A stretch of 64,000 nt of DNA from Azolla caroliniana (lineage: Eukaryota > Plantae > Polypodiophyta): NCBI GenBank assembly GCA_043228905.1, contig JBHGNT010000006.1:13516001-13580000 (forward strand), in the 5' to 3' direction. Under the pieces are notes generated by a model. The model did no database searches. It was not told where the DNA came from and worked only from the letters and a program-made list of their open reading frames with translations. Position numbers and translations under genes: made by a program. This document shows, piece by piece, positions 12,383 through 26,000 of this stretch (position 1 is its first letter; every line of letters starts with the position of its first letter).

Positions 12383-12995
12383 TGTTGGGAATCAACGCTT
12401 CGATTCACCTTCACCACTCGGCCACAACCGAGTAAGCGCGAATCAATGGAGCAGAAAATAGGAACCACACAGAGAAACAAAACGCGAACACACAGGGATT
12501 AACGTGGAAAACCCTAGACGGGAAAAACCACGGGAGTACAAGACTCCAAACCAACACTATACAGAGAAGTATACAATGGCGAGCTGCAAGGCGACGACCT
12601 TGAGCTCGCTATCCTCGCCACAGGAGGCGGAAATACAAAGAGGCGTCGTCCTCTTCCTCTCTCACGCTCTATCTCTCTCTCTCTCTCTCACGGCTGCTCC
12701 CTCTTCACTCCTCTTGAGTGGAAAAATAGAAAAATGATCAGCAGCGACAAAACTGTTTGCCCTAAGTCATATTTATACATATATGACTTTGGGGCTATTT
12801 ACAACTATAGCCTCAGGGGCCCATAGCGAACATATTCACGGATATGTCCCTGCATCCGGATCGCTCTCCGGGTACATTCGTCATCCGGCACCGAAGCCGG
12901 GGTCTTCATCATCCGGATCCGAAACCAAAACCGGGCTCGTCGGCATTCATCTCCGACATCCGACCATCCCATCCGAAGGGATCGTAATCCCAACA
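12383..12995 (-). repeat. 5' LTR of the inner copia
   Basis: 613-bp repeat followed on the minus strand by the PBS. Confidence 0.95.
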
Positions 12996-14893
12996 TGTAC
13001 TGCCGTGAGTAGAGCCTCTGCCCAGAAGCCATCCGACAGTCCGGAGTGTTGGAGCATGGAAACTATCCGTTCTTGGATTGTCCGATTCATGCGTTCGGCA
13101 ATCCCGTTTTGCTCCGGACTGTGTGGTGCCGTAAATTCACGTCGGATGCCGCGTTGTCGGCAGAATTTGACGAATTCTTCGGATTTGAACTCTCCCCCAT
13201 TGTCGGTCCGAAAGCATTTCAGTTTTCGGTCGGTTTGATTTTCTACCATAGTGAGCCAATCTGAGAAGATCGAGAAGACCCGATCTTTGGTGGGAATCGG
13301 ATAAGCCCACACCTTTCGAGTCGAATCGTCAATAAAACTGACGAAGTAAGAGGCACCGCCGAGAGACTGATGCGGCATTGGGCCACAGACGTCCGAGTGG
13401 ACTAAGTCGAGAGGTCTCGTGTCTCTTGGTGCTGATGTCGGGTGTGATGCGGCTGCTTGTTTGCCATACTGGCAATGCTCGCAGAATTGATGGTCCGAGA
13501 AGGAGAGTTTGGGGATGTACCCGGCTCTAGATAGGTGCGTGATGACGGCCTTGCTGAGGTGTCCTAATCTTCTGTGCCATAGTGATGACACAGGAATATC
13601 CACCAAAAACAGGTTACCCTCTCTGAGCGTAACATGTAACGGATACAGTGAGTGTATCTTGGGTCCTCTAGCAAGCAGGAGGTTCCCCCTGTGGAGTGTC
13701 CACCCTCCCGAAGAAAAACCGGCACGAATGCCGTCTTCATCTAGTTGTCCGACTGAGATCAATGGCCTTGAGAGCTCGGGTACATGTCGGACATTGTGAA
13801 GTACAAGTGTAGAGCCACCTGCAAGGTTGAGCTCTACTGTGCCGATTCCGATGATGTCACAATGTTGCGAGTTACCGACTCGAACTGAGTCGGAGTGACG
13901 GATCGTATATTGCCGAAATTGGGATCGATGAGGAGTCACGTGAAATGACGCGCCCGAATCTAAGAGCCATGTGCTCGATTCTTCAGTCGTGAGCAGAACT
14001 TCTGATCCGACTGGATTTTCGATTGATAGTATATTCGGGTCGTTTGGTAGTACATCAGCTGAGAAGCTGACGTAATTGATCTCCTCATGCCGGCCACTCT
14101 TCTTGTCTGATCTCTGAGACTTGTCGTTCTTGTTCTTGAGTGCGCGGCAGTCGGCTTTGATGTGTCCGGGTTTCTTGCAATAGTTGCAGATTCGGTTATC
14201 CCGTGACTGGCTCCGTCTTCGCTGATTGTTCGGCGGCCGTGAGGAATCTCTTCCTCGTATGTTCGATCGGTCTGTCGAACCTTGTACTACGTAAGCGTCG
14301 TCTGTTGAGTCTTTGGCGAAAGACTTTCTCCGAGCTGCTTCGGTCAGGATTGCGCTCGTGACTTCGGAGTATTTAACAGCCGTGGTTGACGCGTTGCACA
14401 CGGTTGTGACGAAAGTTTCCCATGATGAGGGAAGGTTGCTCATGAGTATCATGGCTCTGAGTTCATCCTCGATTGCCGTCCCCTGAGATGAGATTTGGGA
14501 GCTTATGCTTTCGTACTCATTGAGATGTGCTTGAACCGAATCGGATTCTTTCATCCGCAAGTTGTAGAGGCGCCGGATCAGAAACATCTTCGTTGCAGCG
14601 ACCTTCTTTTCGTAGGTGTCCGACAGTGTTTTCCACAGTTCGAATGCTGTCGTACACGATTGCACCGTAAAGTATACCGATTCCGATAGGTGCATCCGAA
14701 TCATGGCGCGGACGATTCTGTCCAGCTTCTGCCACTCAATTGGTTTGTATCCTTCTGGAGGTTCTTCATTTTCGATGGGATCGATTTGCCCCTTGACTAT
14801 GAGATAGTCCTGCATTTGCTCCTTCCAGAAGTTGAAGTTCGATCCATCGAACTTTCGTAGACTCATTTCTGACGAGTCGGATGTTGATGCCAT
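12996..14893 (-). CDS. Outer copia polyprotein, N-terminal half (gag, protease, integrase core)
   Basis: KFDGSNF, CNYCKKPGHIKADC, WLLDSGAS, LWHRRLGH, RTDNGGEF, FWAEALLTAVH. Joins 7651 in frame once the inner element is removed. Confidence 0.93.
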
Positions 14894-15590
14894 CAAATTT
14901 GGTTTCGGTTGACGAAGCTCGGTTCGGAGTTGACTACGAATCTTGTTGGAGTGCAGCCGGTTGGCTCACCCGATATCGTTCTAGTCGGATTTGAACCCGA
15001 GTCGGTTCGGTTTCGGATATATGTATTGTTGAACTTGCTCGAATTGACTCCGGTAACGTGAGGGACAGAACCGACTGGTCTTCCCGAATGTTGCCGAGTC
15101 GGAGTGAGCCCGGTTCGCTTCCGAATATATATGCCGAATACCGATTATTGAAACCGATTATCTGGACCGATTCTGCTTCGGTTGACTGCAGCGACGAGAG
15201 AGACGGATCCAACTGATCCTCTCGAATGTCGATCAGCCGGATGAAGCACGAATTGGGGTTGTTGTCTTGAGACCGATCTGCACCGAGTGGTTACAATGAG
15301 CGGCGAGCAGCGTTTGATGACCTCTTCGGATGCCGTTTAACCGAGTGGAGCACGATCGTGTCAATGTTGCACAAGGGGATTTCACCTCGAGTGGTTACGA
15401 TCACAAGGAACGGAGTACAGCCGGCTGGCTTACTCCAGGCGAAGATGATCTAACGCGATGAGGTGCAATCCTCGTTTTTCTTCTTCTTCTCTCTTCTTCG
15501 AATGACGCAGGAAACCGAATACTGTGCAGGCTGAGACGACGGCCGACAGCGGATTGAAGGACCGAATACTGTGCAGGCTCTGATACCAGA

Positions 15591-15678
15591 TGTTGGAGAC
15601 AAAGTCGTCTATGCGGAAGATCAAGAAGCATTCGATTCTATTCTGTACCTGCGTATGACAGTCTCTAGTTCGTTGCAC

Positions 15679-15714
<36 letters not shown>

Positions 15715-15901
15715 GCACAAAAGACTTTCTATTCAATAGAAACAATAATACAACACCCAACCTTACAAAAGGGTTACAAGGTCACTATATATAGTGACCG
15801 ACTTAGGGCAACTACCCTTTATGCTAATTACACAAATGCCCCAAACTTGGGCTATACAAAGGGATAGTGTGAATACGTCCATTATACACTTGTATTCGAC
15901 A
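15591..15901 (-). repeat. 5' LTR of the outer copia
   Basis: 311-bp repeat of 5014..5322. Confidence 0.95.
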
Positions 15902-16966
15902 ATATACCTCGTCAAGGCCACAACTTCCCATAGAATCGGCCAAGTGATGGCTCAATGGAGAGTAGAGTGGCATAGGTAGACGACATACACCTCGTCATGG
16001 CCACAACATTCCATAGACTCAGCTTAGTGATGGCTCAATAGAGGGAAGAGTGGCATACTCAACATCATATGCAAAAGGGTCATGAGGTGAGCGTGTGCGA
16101 TTAGGGCAAACACTCTCGACCCAATGCACAACAATAATTAATATCGTAAGAGAAGGCTCAAGAGAGGGGAGCATAGGAGATACATCGCAATATACAAAAG
16201 GGCCATGAGTTGAGCGTGTGCGATTAGTGCAAACACGCTCGGCCCGATGCACAATAATAATTAAAATTGTATCGTGGTAGAAAGAAGAAAGAAAAGAAAA
16301 GAAAACGTAATACAAATTTGATTCGACCAACAAGAACGCATCATAGAAAGAAGAGAGATCGAGAAAGAAGAATACCAGGTTTAGAGTGTTGTTTTGATCC
16401 TGAGAAGAGCATGACGAGCCTTGTTAGATCCCCATTGCTCACACGCAAAAAATATCAAAACAACAAAAAACATTGTTTGTAACAGCTCTGATACCACTGT
16501 AAGAGTTTATTACTAATCAATAGACCAAAGTAAAGTAAAAGAAGGAAAATAGATTGGATAGAAGAACCCGTTCCACCCGACCACCCCCGAGCTATGATCT
16601 AGACATAGCCAACCTACCACCAACGTCCCATACCGCCGGATATTAGGATGACTAATACCTTGGAAGAGATAAACACGATCGTCGAGACGAAAGCCTAGCC
16701 CGAACCACTGGTGTCTAAGACAGCAGCCTTCCAACATAATGTCCTTATGAAGGTCGCTAAGCCTCATATTTATACCTTTTCGTAGGCCCCTTGAATAGAT
16801 GTGCCTTTCTAAAAGGGTCTCCATTCATTGGTTGCCCAAATCATGATAGTGCATGCACCTATCATTCCTTCTATCCAATCACATTAGCCCCTTTTTTAAT
16901 ATTAGTGAACATACCCTTCACTAATGTAAATATTAGTGACCTACCCTCACCAATGTTATGTGTACA

Positions 16967-19761
16967 AAACAATTCTGTCTAGCTTTTGCCACTCGTTCAG
17001 CTTGTATCCTTCTGGAGCATTGTTAGTCTCAATTGGGTCGATCTTACCCTTGTCTATTAGATAGTCCTGCATCTACTCCTTCTAGAAGTGGAAGTTCGAC
17101 CCGTCGAACTTCCTAAGACTCATCTCTGATAAGCCATATGTTAATGTCATTTTTCCAAGTCGAATCTACTTCGAGTGACCACACCAACAAGAGGGACAAA
17201 TCTAACTAGTCTTCTTGAGTGTCGTCTAGTCGACTAAAGCACAGGTGAGGTTGTTCCTGGGGCCGGATCTGCTCCGAGTGGTTACGACAAGCAGGTGGGC
17301 ACCACCAGATGCCTTAACCGATTGTTGTTTGTTGAGCGAACAAGCTCAACCGGACAAGCCAGAGCCGGATCGGTATCCGGAACGGAGAACCGGATAGATA
17401 TCTGGATCAGTGTTCGGAACCAAGAACCGGATCGGATTGTAACCGGTAGGCTGATAGAGGCCTACAAATCTAGCCTAGTACGTAGGCATATTTTTGGGAG
17501 TCAGTGTTAGTCGCACGTATGAGCATTGAAGTACTTATGTCAATCTTTTTTAAGGACTTGTATAAAAGTGCTCACTGAGCACATTGTATGTACAAAGTGT
17601 TATTATTCAAATTGAGTTTATTGTTCTACTCTCTCTGTCTCTCCCACTCTCTGTCTCTATGATTCAAGCTTCCATTAAACCTTGTCCCTGTTTTCTGTTG
17701 CTATTCGGATAAACTAATTTGTCAAAGCTTCCACATATTAACTTTGACATGGTATCAGAGCGCAAGGGTTGAGAACCTTTGCTGCCAACAAGCGATTTCC
17801 AAAGACAAACCCTAACTTCCGGAAAAGCACAGACCGAAAAGAAGGGAGATATGGATAGAAGTATGGCGAGCTCGCTTCCAACAGAAAAGCTCAACCGGAG
17901 CAATTATGCGTCCTGGTCGTATAAAATGCACCAGTGCCTGCTAGGGCACGGATATTGGAGCTACGTGGAAGGCGCAAATGTAGCAGTGCCGGATTCGACA
18001 CACAAGGACTTCCCCGTATGGGAACAAGGAGCGAGAAGAGTATTGTATTGTCTCGCGACCTATGTGCACAACCAGATGCTCAGCTATATCAGGGATGCAA
18101 AAACGCCGAAAGAAGCCTGGGAAAATCTCCGGAATATTTTCGTTGCAAGTACCACGGCTCGAAAGTTGCAAATCCGGCAAGAGCTCAATAGTATCCTGTA
18201 ACGAGACATGTCGGTCACCGACTACACCACCAAGATCAAGGAGATTTGCAAAGCACTCGGTTCCATCAACGTGACGGTGGACGAGGACAAGATGGTTCAG
18301 ATCTGCCTCAGTGGTCTAGCACAATGATACGGGCCAATCCGGACAACGATTTACACCCAGGAGAAATCATTGTCCTTCTTCGACCTGAAATCTATGCTGA
18401 TGGTCGAAGAAAACCACGTGAGTAGGTCGAGAACCACTCAATCGGACAGTCGGATGTTGTACACATAGATAGAGCGGCCCCGTGGGCATGGAGGATGAGG
18501 TGGGTTGGCACACAATAGTGGCGGCCGACTAGAGCAGAATCGGGGGCACAGAGATGGTGTGGACAGTAGTTCCAAACCCTCCAGAAGCAAGGGCAGTCAA
18601 GGCAGGCGCCAGAAACCGGCAATCGAAAGTCAACACACAATGCTGGTATTGTGGCAAGGAGGGCCACCAAGAAAGCGAGCGTTGGAAGAAGCGCGCCGAT
18701 TCGGATAAAACCGGATCTAGTAAGGCCGAACGAGGGAACCAGCAAAGCTCGCACTACGAAGAAGGATCAGAGAGAGATGGATCGGATTGTAACCGGTAGG
18801 CCGATAGAGGCCTACGAATCTAGCCTAGTACGTAGGCATATTTTTGGGAGTCAGTGACAGTCGCTCGTATGAGCATTGAAGTACTTGTCAGTACTTCTGT
18901 CAGTCCTTTTTAAGGACTTGTATAAAAGTGCTCACTGAGCACATTGTATATACAGAGTGTTATTATTCGAATTGAGTTTATTGTTCTGCTGTCTCTATCT
19001 CTGTGATTCAAGCTTCTATTAAACCTTGTCTTTGTTTTCTGTTGCTATCCGGATAAATTAGTTTGGCAAAGTTTATGCATATTAACTTTGACATTGTCTA
19101 ACTTTATGAAGCACGACTTACAGTCGGATCGATGGAGAAACCTCACTTCGAGTGGCTACAATCACGAGGGTGAAGTACAGCCGACTAGCCTACTTCAGGA
19201 GTGATTTGTCTTAGTGAAGTGCGGGTTTGCGGGTGTCTTCTCTCTTCTTTTGGGTTATGCTAACCTTGGGATCTTCAAGAAGACTAGGGTAGGAATGTTG
19301 TTGGAGACAGATGACGGCCGGCAACGAGTTGAAGAACGTCACTCTAATACCAAATGTTGGAATCTGAGACCATCAGTGCGGAAACAAGAACAACATTTAT
19401 GCTTAGACGATTAAGGAGACAAAGTGAGAGTGAGAGAAAGACACAAATTTGCACACAATATGTAACTATATTTTTTGAACTCAAAGTTACAATAGAAACG
19501 GAGACAACAACCTTAACACTTGGTTACAAGAGTCAGTTTAAATACTGACTGACTTAAGGCAACTGCCCTTTCCACTATTTACAGAAATAGCCTAAACTTA
19601 TTGTGTCCACTGTATTTTTTGAACTCAAAGTTACAATAGAAACGGAGACAACAACCTTAACACTTGGTTACAAGAGTCGGTTTAAATACTGACTGACTTA
19701 AGGCAACTGCCCTTTCCACTATTTACAGAAATAGCCTAAACCTATTGTGTCCATTCGAACA
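16967..19761 (-). mobile_element. Degenerate copia 5' remnant related to the outer copia (LTR 19355..19761, decayed PBS, gag start)
   Basis: 16967..17150 reads SEMSLRKFDGSNFHF*KE*MQDYL, as at 14870. PBS-like ACTCTAATACCA at 19341..19352. LTR TGTTGG..TTCGAACA with an internal ~144-bp tandem duplication. Confidence 0.75.
17330..19093 (+). mobile_element. Internally deleted copia (5' LTR, PBS, gag pseudogene, truncated 3' LTR)
   Basis: 5' LTR 17330..17749, iMet PBS 17750..17761, gag EKLNRSNYASW...CWYCGKEGH, partial 3' LTR 18779..19093. Flanks TTGTT / TTGTC. Confidence 0.88.
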
Positions 19762-20760
19762 ATGTGAATACAACCATTGCCATCCTGGTTTTTGACTCCA
19801 TTTCTTTAGCGATTTGTACTAGTCGAGGTTTTGTTGTCAACCCAAGATTAACTTCCTCTAATGTCGATGCCTTCACGCGTTGAGAGATCTCCATCTCTCT
19901 CTCTAGCGCGCCATGTGCGTGCTGTAATTCCGCTACCATCTTCGGCTCTGGCTCCGATACTTCTTCGTCCAACTCTATGGCGTTGTCAATGATATATGGG
20001 GTGACCATCTCTACCACATCGATCTCAAACAGTGGCACTATCTTGGGATTCTCCTCAAGATACTAGTCAACCTCGTCGTCGGCCAGCCCTTCCATCATAT
20101 TAATTGATTTGGCGTTTAGTGGAGTTATATCCTTCTTCGTGGCCACTTTTTCCTAAGTCGGCACTCAAACCTTTGTCTTCCCATGCCAGAAACTTATCAC
20201 ATTCTTCTGTTAATTTTGTTTGATATGTGCCGTCCCCAACCATGGTCTGCCCAATAGGAGTGGGAATGCTTCTAGCGCATCTAATTTTAATACTACTACC
20301 AAAATTTGGAATGTGTAGACACCCATCGAAATTTCCAAATTCTGAATTAGGCCGAGCAGCCAGAGGGAGCTCGTATCGGCCATCCGTAGCCAGAACAAGC
20401 ATACCTCCCATTCTCGGATGTCGAGACGATCATAGGGCACTTTGCTAATGACATTCATTCCCAACCCTCCGTCAATAATTGATCATGGCACTTCTGTGCC
20501 CTTGATTATTACCTGAAGTGCTAGGTTCTGCTCATGTAGCACCGCCGGTCCATGGCTTGGATTTGTAAAATTAATGCGAACAACCGGTTGTTCCTCCTTA
20601 ATTATAGCCACTAAAGTTCCCCTAAAACGTGATACAAGATTCAATAATCCAATTAGTGGCATGGTAATCTGGCAGCCGGCTAAGGTCTTCCATGTTGGGT
20701 CTTCGGCTAACGGTTCCTTCATCATTGCTTGCTGTATCTTCACCTAGCAAGACCTAAATT
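19762..20760 (-). pseudogene. Decayed Ty3/gypsy protease region
   Basis: IIDGGLGMNVIS (aspartic protease site), FPLLLGRPWL, LEEVNLG; many frameshifts. Confidence 0.7.
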
Positions 20761-20929
20761 CTTGACCTTATTGCTTTAAGTGGTTACCTCTTACCGCTTG
20801 TTATCTCCGGTTGTTGGTTTAACCTTCACGTCACACCTTCAACCAAAAAAACCTTAAGTTCTTGTAAACTTGCGACTTTGGTGCTTTTCTCCTTTTGCAC
20901 ACACCACATCACATAGTGTTGTATGAAAT

Positions 20930-21400
20930 ACATCATGGATCCCAACGTGTGGAGGTAGTATGAGTCATAAAACTATCATGTTTATTTGCACAACAATGTG
21001 GAAAGGACATTTCCTTTTATAATCCAATTTTTCCTCTTCACAGGTTGTGATATTGCAACATAAGAGCCAAACTTTGTCCCAAACTTTAAAAATAGGTGCA
21101 TCATTTTGTTGACAATCAACTTGTTGTTTATGTTTATCTTTAGCATACTCTAGGTTGACACTCATCACGTCACGATGGACTCACTTTCATAGTTGGGCAT
21201 AATGTTCGTAGACCAAGGAGTTTATGAAACTATCCAAGTTATTGACATTGAATCGCGGATAGAAACCATAAGTTGCAAAACTACAGTGGCAATCAACAAG
21301 TGTATGGTATTGTTATAGCTAAAATCAATGAGTGATGATAACTCAAACCAATCATCTTGTTGATAGCTTATGACACACCGTACATATAGAAAAGACACAT
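20930..21400 (-). pseudogene. Decayed chromovirus-type integrase C-terminal fragment
   Basis: ISYQQDDW...FSYNN and FKVWDKVWL...KLDYKRKCPF (GPY/F-like region). Confidence 0.6.
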
Positions 21401-23010
21401 CCAAAACATCAAGATGAAGTGGGGGCCTTAATCCCAGATGATGTCATCTTGAAACCTATGCAATCAAACCACATTCGCATGGATTAAATTCATCATATCC
21501 ATTCCTAAAATTGCTTTATTTCAAAGATTCATAAGATGGGTCATCTTTGTAAAACAATCTTCTATAACCAACAGTAAATCATATTTGTCAACTAATGTAT
21601 TATCCATGATGAGATCAATTGAATTGAGATCCAAGGTTGAACAAGTGTCAGATGGAGCGGAAGAAGACTAAAAGAACCATGGTGGGAACCTTTTCGAGCA
21701 AACATGTGTCATATATCTTCACAAATTCTTTCACTAACTTGCACTCTTCTAACCACTGGTAGTTCTAGAGTTTTTGTTGCACCAATGTGCCCATGCATTG
21801 TTTTGTCAATATCACCATGTGTTGATCCCTTCATGGATTCTACCATTTATTACTTAATTTCTTTAGTTGAATGGTCTGAGATAATTGGCATGACCAATTC
21901 TTGTATTAATGACTCATCCACCAAGAGTTTCTCAGTTGTGTATAACTTGACCCAGTTGCGTTTCAAAAGGTATTTTATTAGCCATAGGCTTCATCCTCTT
22001 GTCAAAGTTCGACAAAACATTACTTTGAGTTGGATTGCACTCAATCTAGTACATCAGGAAACCATCAATATGCCAAATGCTTCATGTTGTTAGCCTAAGA
22101 CTATTAGCACAACCAAACATTTGCACCTTACTCGTCACATAGTTTATCCCTTAGCACTCAAATCACTTTGATCATAAAACATACACAAATCAAGGCATAA
22201 TAGATGGTTTCTTAAAATTGATATTAAAACGATTTACAAGATTAAAATTTATTTATATACAATCCCGTTGTAAATTTCTCATATATTTCTTCTATATCTC
22301 TCTTCCTCCTTGTTACAATATATGATATTTATTGTCATGTCCCCATTCCATTGATTGTATTGATATATATATGTATTTGTTTGTTGCACTCTTCTTATGT
22401 ACGAATACTAATTCTCAATTTAACATATCCTCTACCTAATATACACTCTATCACATAATTCTTCAATAACAACTTCGTAACCACCTTTACCCTATCTATG
22501 AACTGCATTCTTTATTTTTCCTATTACAGAAGCGATATTTCAGGAAGTTCACATTTTTGTTAATTATGTTGAAAAAATTGTGGTATCCGAATATACAAAG
22601 AGCCCCAACAATATATCATGTGTCTACCATGCCAAAATTGAAGCCTACATATGTGGTCATCATGTGCCACAAAACACTGAACTTCAAATGCTAGAATGTC
22701 AACATTCAAATACCCAAGGAACCGAGTAAATTCGTCGACTTTGAATGTGACCCATCGCATTAGCTCAGTCCAAGAAGAATTTCTATTTTTGTATCATACT
22801 TTATTTGCCCTTGCAAAAGAGCCAACTCTGACCGCTACTCATTTAAATGACCAAGTTTGAATCCATTGTGGTATATTTCAAGAGCAAGTATGCCTGTTGG
22901 AGACTTAATGCCCCTAGGTAAATATTTATCCACCCCATTTTTGTCTAGAGCCAAAGAATATGTGCCACGTATGCCAAAGACAAAGTCCAGCCACTTAACT
23001 TAGTCCACAC

Positions 23011-26000
23011 CTAGTCTAAAGGAGATAGCTTTAATTTCATGGCTTCAACTTTTTTTGCCGCCTCGTGCATGCCAACATTTAAATAAATATGACTCAGTAG
23101 AACATATGGTGCGCCACAAAGACTATCAAGTTGGATAGCCCGATCAAAAGCCAAGCTCCCGAGCTCCACATTCCCCCATTTTCTACAAGCATCCAACAAT
23201 GCAAGCCATACACCTAAAGAATGGGAAGAGGGCATCACATGAATCACAGACATGGCTTTATCAAAGTGCCCTGCACATCCTAAAACCCCTACAATCCATG
23301 TATAATGTTCAATATTTGGAGTAAGACCATTCTTTCTCATCATATTCCCAAAAAGCATTTGAGCCTCATCTAAAAGAGCCGAATGGCTACATGCACTTAA
23401 GAGACATAAGAAAGTGATGGCATCTGGTAATGTTCCTTCACTCTGCATGTGTGTGAAACATTCCAATGCTTCCTGAGCTTGCCTTTGTCGAGCATACCCT
23501 GCAATAAGTGCACACCAGGATACCACATTTCGAGTAGGAAGCTCTAGGAGCACTTCTTGTGCTTTTGTAAGCATAGCACAGTTCGCATACATATCAATTA
23601 AAGCGGTGCCAAGCACAACATCCTTATCAAGCAAGCCCATGGTCACAATCTCTTCATGAATTTGTTTGCCCTTGTCTATGGCAGCCATGTTGCCACAAGC
23701 CTTGAGAAGGCAAATGAAGGTGATAGCATCCGGAGATGAACCCTCTCTCTGCATCCACTCAAAGCAATTCAAGGCTTCATGTCCTTGGCCATGCATAGTA
23801 TACCCTCCAATTAGTGCCGACCACGAGACTACATGTCGATTTGAAAGCTCTCCGAGCACTTCTTGTGCTTTTTCAAGCACTCCACATTTTGCATACATAT
23901 CCACCAAAGTACAACCAAGTACAATATCCTTCTTTAGAAAGCCCCGACTTGCAATCTCCACATGAATTTGTTCACCCTTGTCTATCGCTCCAATCCTAGT
24001 ACACGCTACCAAGATGCATGTGAATGTGACTTGATTTGGAGAGAGACCCTCACTTTGCATCTGCTCAAAACATAGCAATGCTTCATGGCCATGGCCTTGT
24101 TGAGCATAGACCGCAATGAGTGCATTCCAAGAAACTATGTCCCTAATGGGAAGCTCTTCAAGCGTCTGCCGTGCCTTTGCAACCAAACCACATCTTGCAT
24201 ACATATCAATCAAAGCATTGCCAAGTATAGTATTTCTCTCAAGCAAACCGCTTTTCACAATCTCATCATGAATTTGCTTGCCCTTGTCTATGGATCCTAC
24301 ATTACCACAAGCCTTCAAAATGCATACAAATGTTATTGCATTCGGAGAGATGCCCTCGATTTGCATTTCTTCATAACGATTCAATGCTTCATTAAATTTT
24401 TCTTCATCGGTATACCCTGCAATCAATGTAGACCAAGAGATCACATTTCGAGCATGGAGTCCCTCCAAAACTTCTTGTGCCTCAGTAAGCTTTCCACATT
24501 TGACATACATATCGATTACTGCATTACCAAGAACAATATTCTTCCCTAATAAGTTCCTCTTCACAACCTCTTTGTGAATTTCCTTTCCCCTATCTATAGC
24601 TCTTATGCTGCCATATCCCTTCAAGATGAAAATAAAGGTAATAGCGTCTGGTGACAGGCCCTCGCTAGTCATCTGCTCAAAACAATTCAATGCTTCATAG
24701 GCTTTTCCATGCTCTACATATCCCGCAATTAATGCACACCATGATACTACATCACGAATAGGAAGCTCTTCTAGGATTTCTTGTGCTTTTTTAAGCATGC
24801 CACATTTGGCATACATATCAACCAAGGCAGTTCCAACAACCATATCCTTTAAAAAGCCCCTCTTCACAATTTCGTTATGAATTTGTTTGCCCTTGCCTAA
24901 GGCACCTGTGCTTCCACAAGCCTTCAAGGTGGAGATAAAAATGACTTCATCTGGAGAGACACCCTCTCTCCACATACATTCAAAACAATTCAACGCTTCA
25001 TGACTTTGCCCTTCTTCCACATACCCTGCGATAAGTGCAGACCAAGAGACCGTGTTCCGATTAGGAAGCTCTTCAAGCACTTTTCTTGCCAATGCAAATG
25101 CACCACATTTCATATACATGTCCACTAAAACAGTGCCAAGGACAATATCATTCTCCAATAAGTTCCTTTTCACAATCTCTTCATGAATTTGCTTTCCCTC
25201 GAGAATCGAGGCTATGCTCCCACATGCCTTCAATATGGAAATAAAGGTGATGGAATCTGGACAGAGGCCTTCGATCTGCATCTGATTGAACAAGTTTAGT
25301 GCTTCATGACCTTGCTTGTGTCGTACATACCCTGCAATTAGAGCAGACCAAGTTATTTCATTCCGGGCTGGAAGCTCTTCCAAGGTCTTCTTTGCTTTTT
25401 CAAGGTCACCACATTTGGCATACATATCCACCAATGCAGTGCCAAGTATAATGTCCTTCTCAAGAAAACCCATGCTGACAATCTCATCATGAATCTGTTT
25501 CCCTTGCTCTATAGCTCCTATTTTTCCACATGCTTTCAAGATGCAAATGAAGGTGACTGCATTCGGAGAGAGCCCCATCCCTTGCATTCGAGCAAAGCAA
25601 TCTAGTGCTTCCTGAGCTCGTCCATGGCGTGTGTACCCTGTGATTAGAGTATTCCAAGAGACTATGTTTTGTATAGGAACCCCTTCAAGCACGTGTTGTG
25701 CCTTTGCAAACATCCCCCATTTGGCATACATACTAATTAAACTGCTTCCTAGATACGGACTCTTTTCAAGCAAACCTCTTGCCAGGATATCCTTGTGCAA
25801 CCTAGCCCCTTCAAAGGTATTCTTCTTCTTAGCACAAGACTTGAGTAAGGCCATGAAACTGCGTTCTTCATCAGGCTCATCTTTGCAAGTTTCTCTATTT
25901 AACTTTTTATTTGACACTTGTCTTCTTCTAAACTCTTGATGAATCCAAGTAGGATTGTACAATGCATCAATGTACACTGGTTCATGAGTGATTCTGTGTG

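Larger units (their letters stand above)
7657..12995 (-). mobile_element. Full-length Ty1/copia LTR retrotransposon (inner, Tnt1-like protein)
   Basis: LTRs 7657..8268 and 12383..12995 (2 substitutions and 1 indel seen). TSD TGTAC at 7652..7656 and 12996..13000. iMet PBS 12368..12379. PPT ~8269..8280. Confidence 0.97.
5014..15901 (-). mobile_element. Full-length Ty1/copia LTR retrotransposon (outer), interrupted by a second copia
   Basis: LTRs 5014..5322 and 15591..15901 (TG..CA; identical except one GA microsatellite unit). TSD ATATA at 5009..5013 and 15902..15906. iMet PBS 15577..15588. PPT at 5323..5330. Gene order gag-PR-INT-RT-RH. Confidence 0.97.
2263..16966 (-). mobile_element. Ty3/gypsy LTR retrotransposon, 5' part (LTR, iMet PBS, long repeat-rich leader, gag); host of the hAT and the nested copias
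   Basis: LTR ~16498..16966 (outer end approximate). PBS TGGTATCAGAGC on the minus strand at 16485..16496. Degenerate gag at ~3172..2263. The leader's ~83-bp repeats continue on both sides of the 5014..15901 insertion. Confidence 0.7.

Noticed and set aside
5600-14800. Many overlapping and antisense ORFs in the track
   Set aside because: Expected shadows of GC-rich copia coding sequence.
15907-16265. Regularly spaced ~83- and ~122-bp repeats as a CRISPR-like array
   Set aside because: Degenerate tandem repeats in a retrotransposon leader with no unique spacers, in a eukaryotic context.
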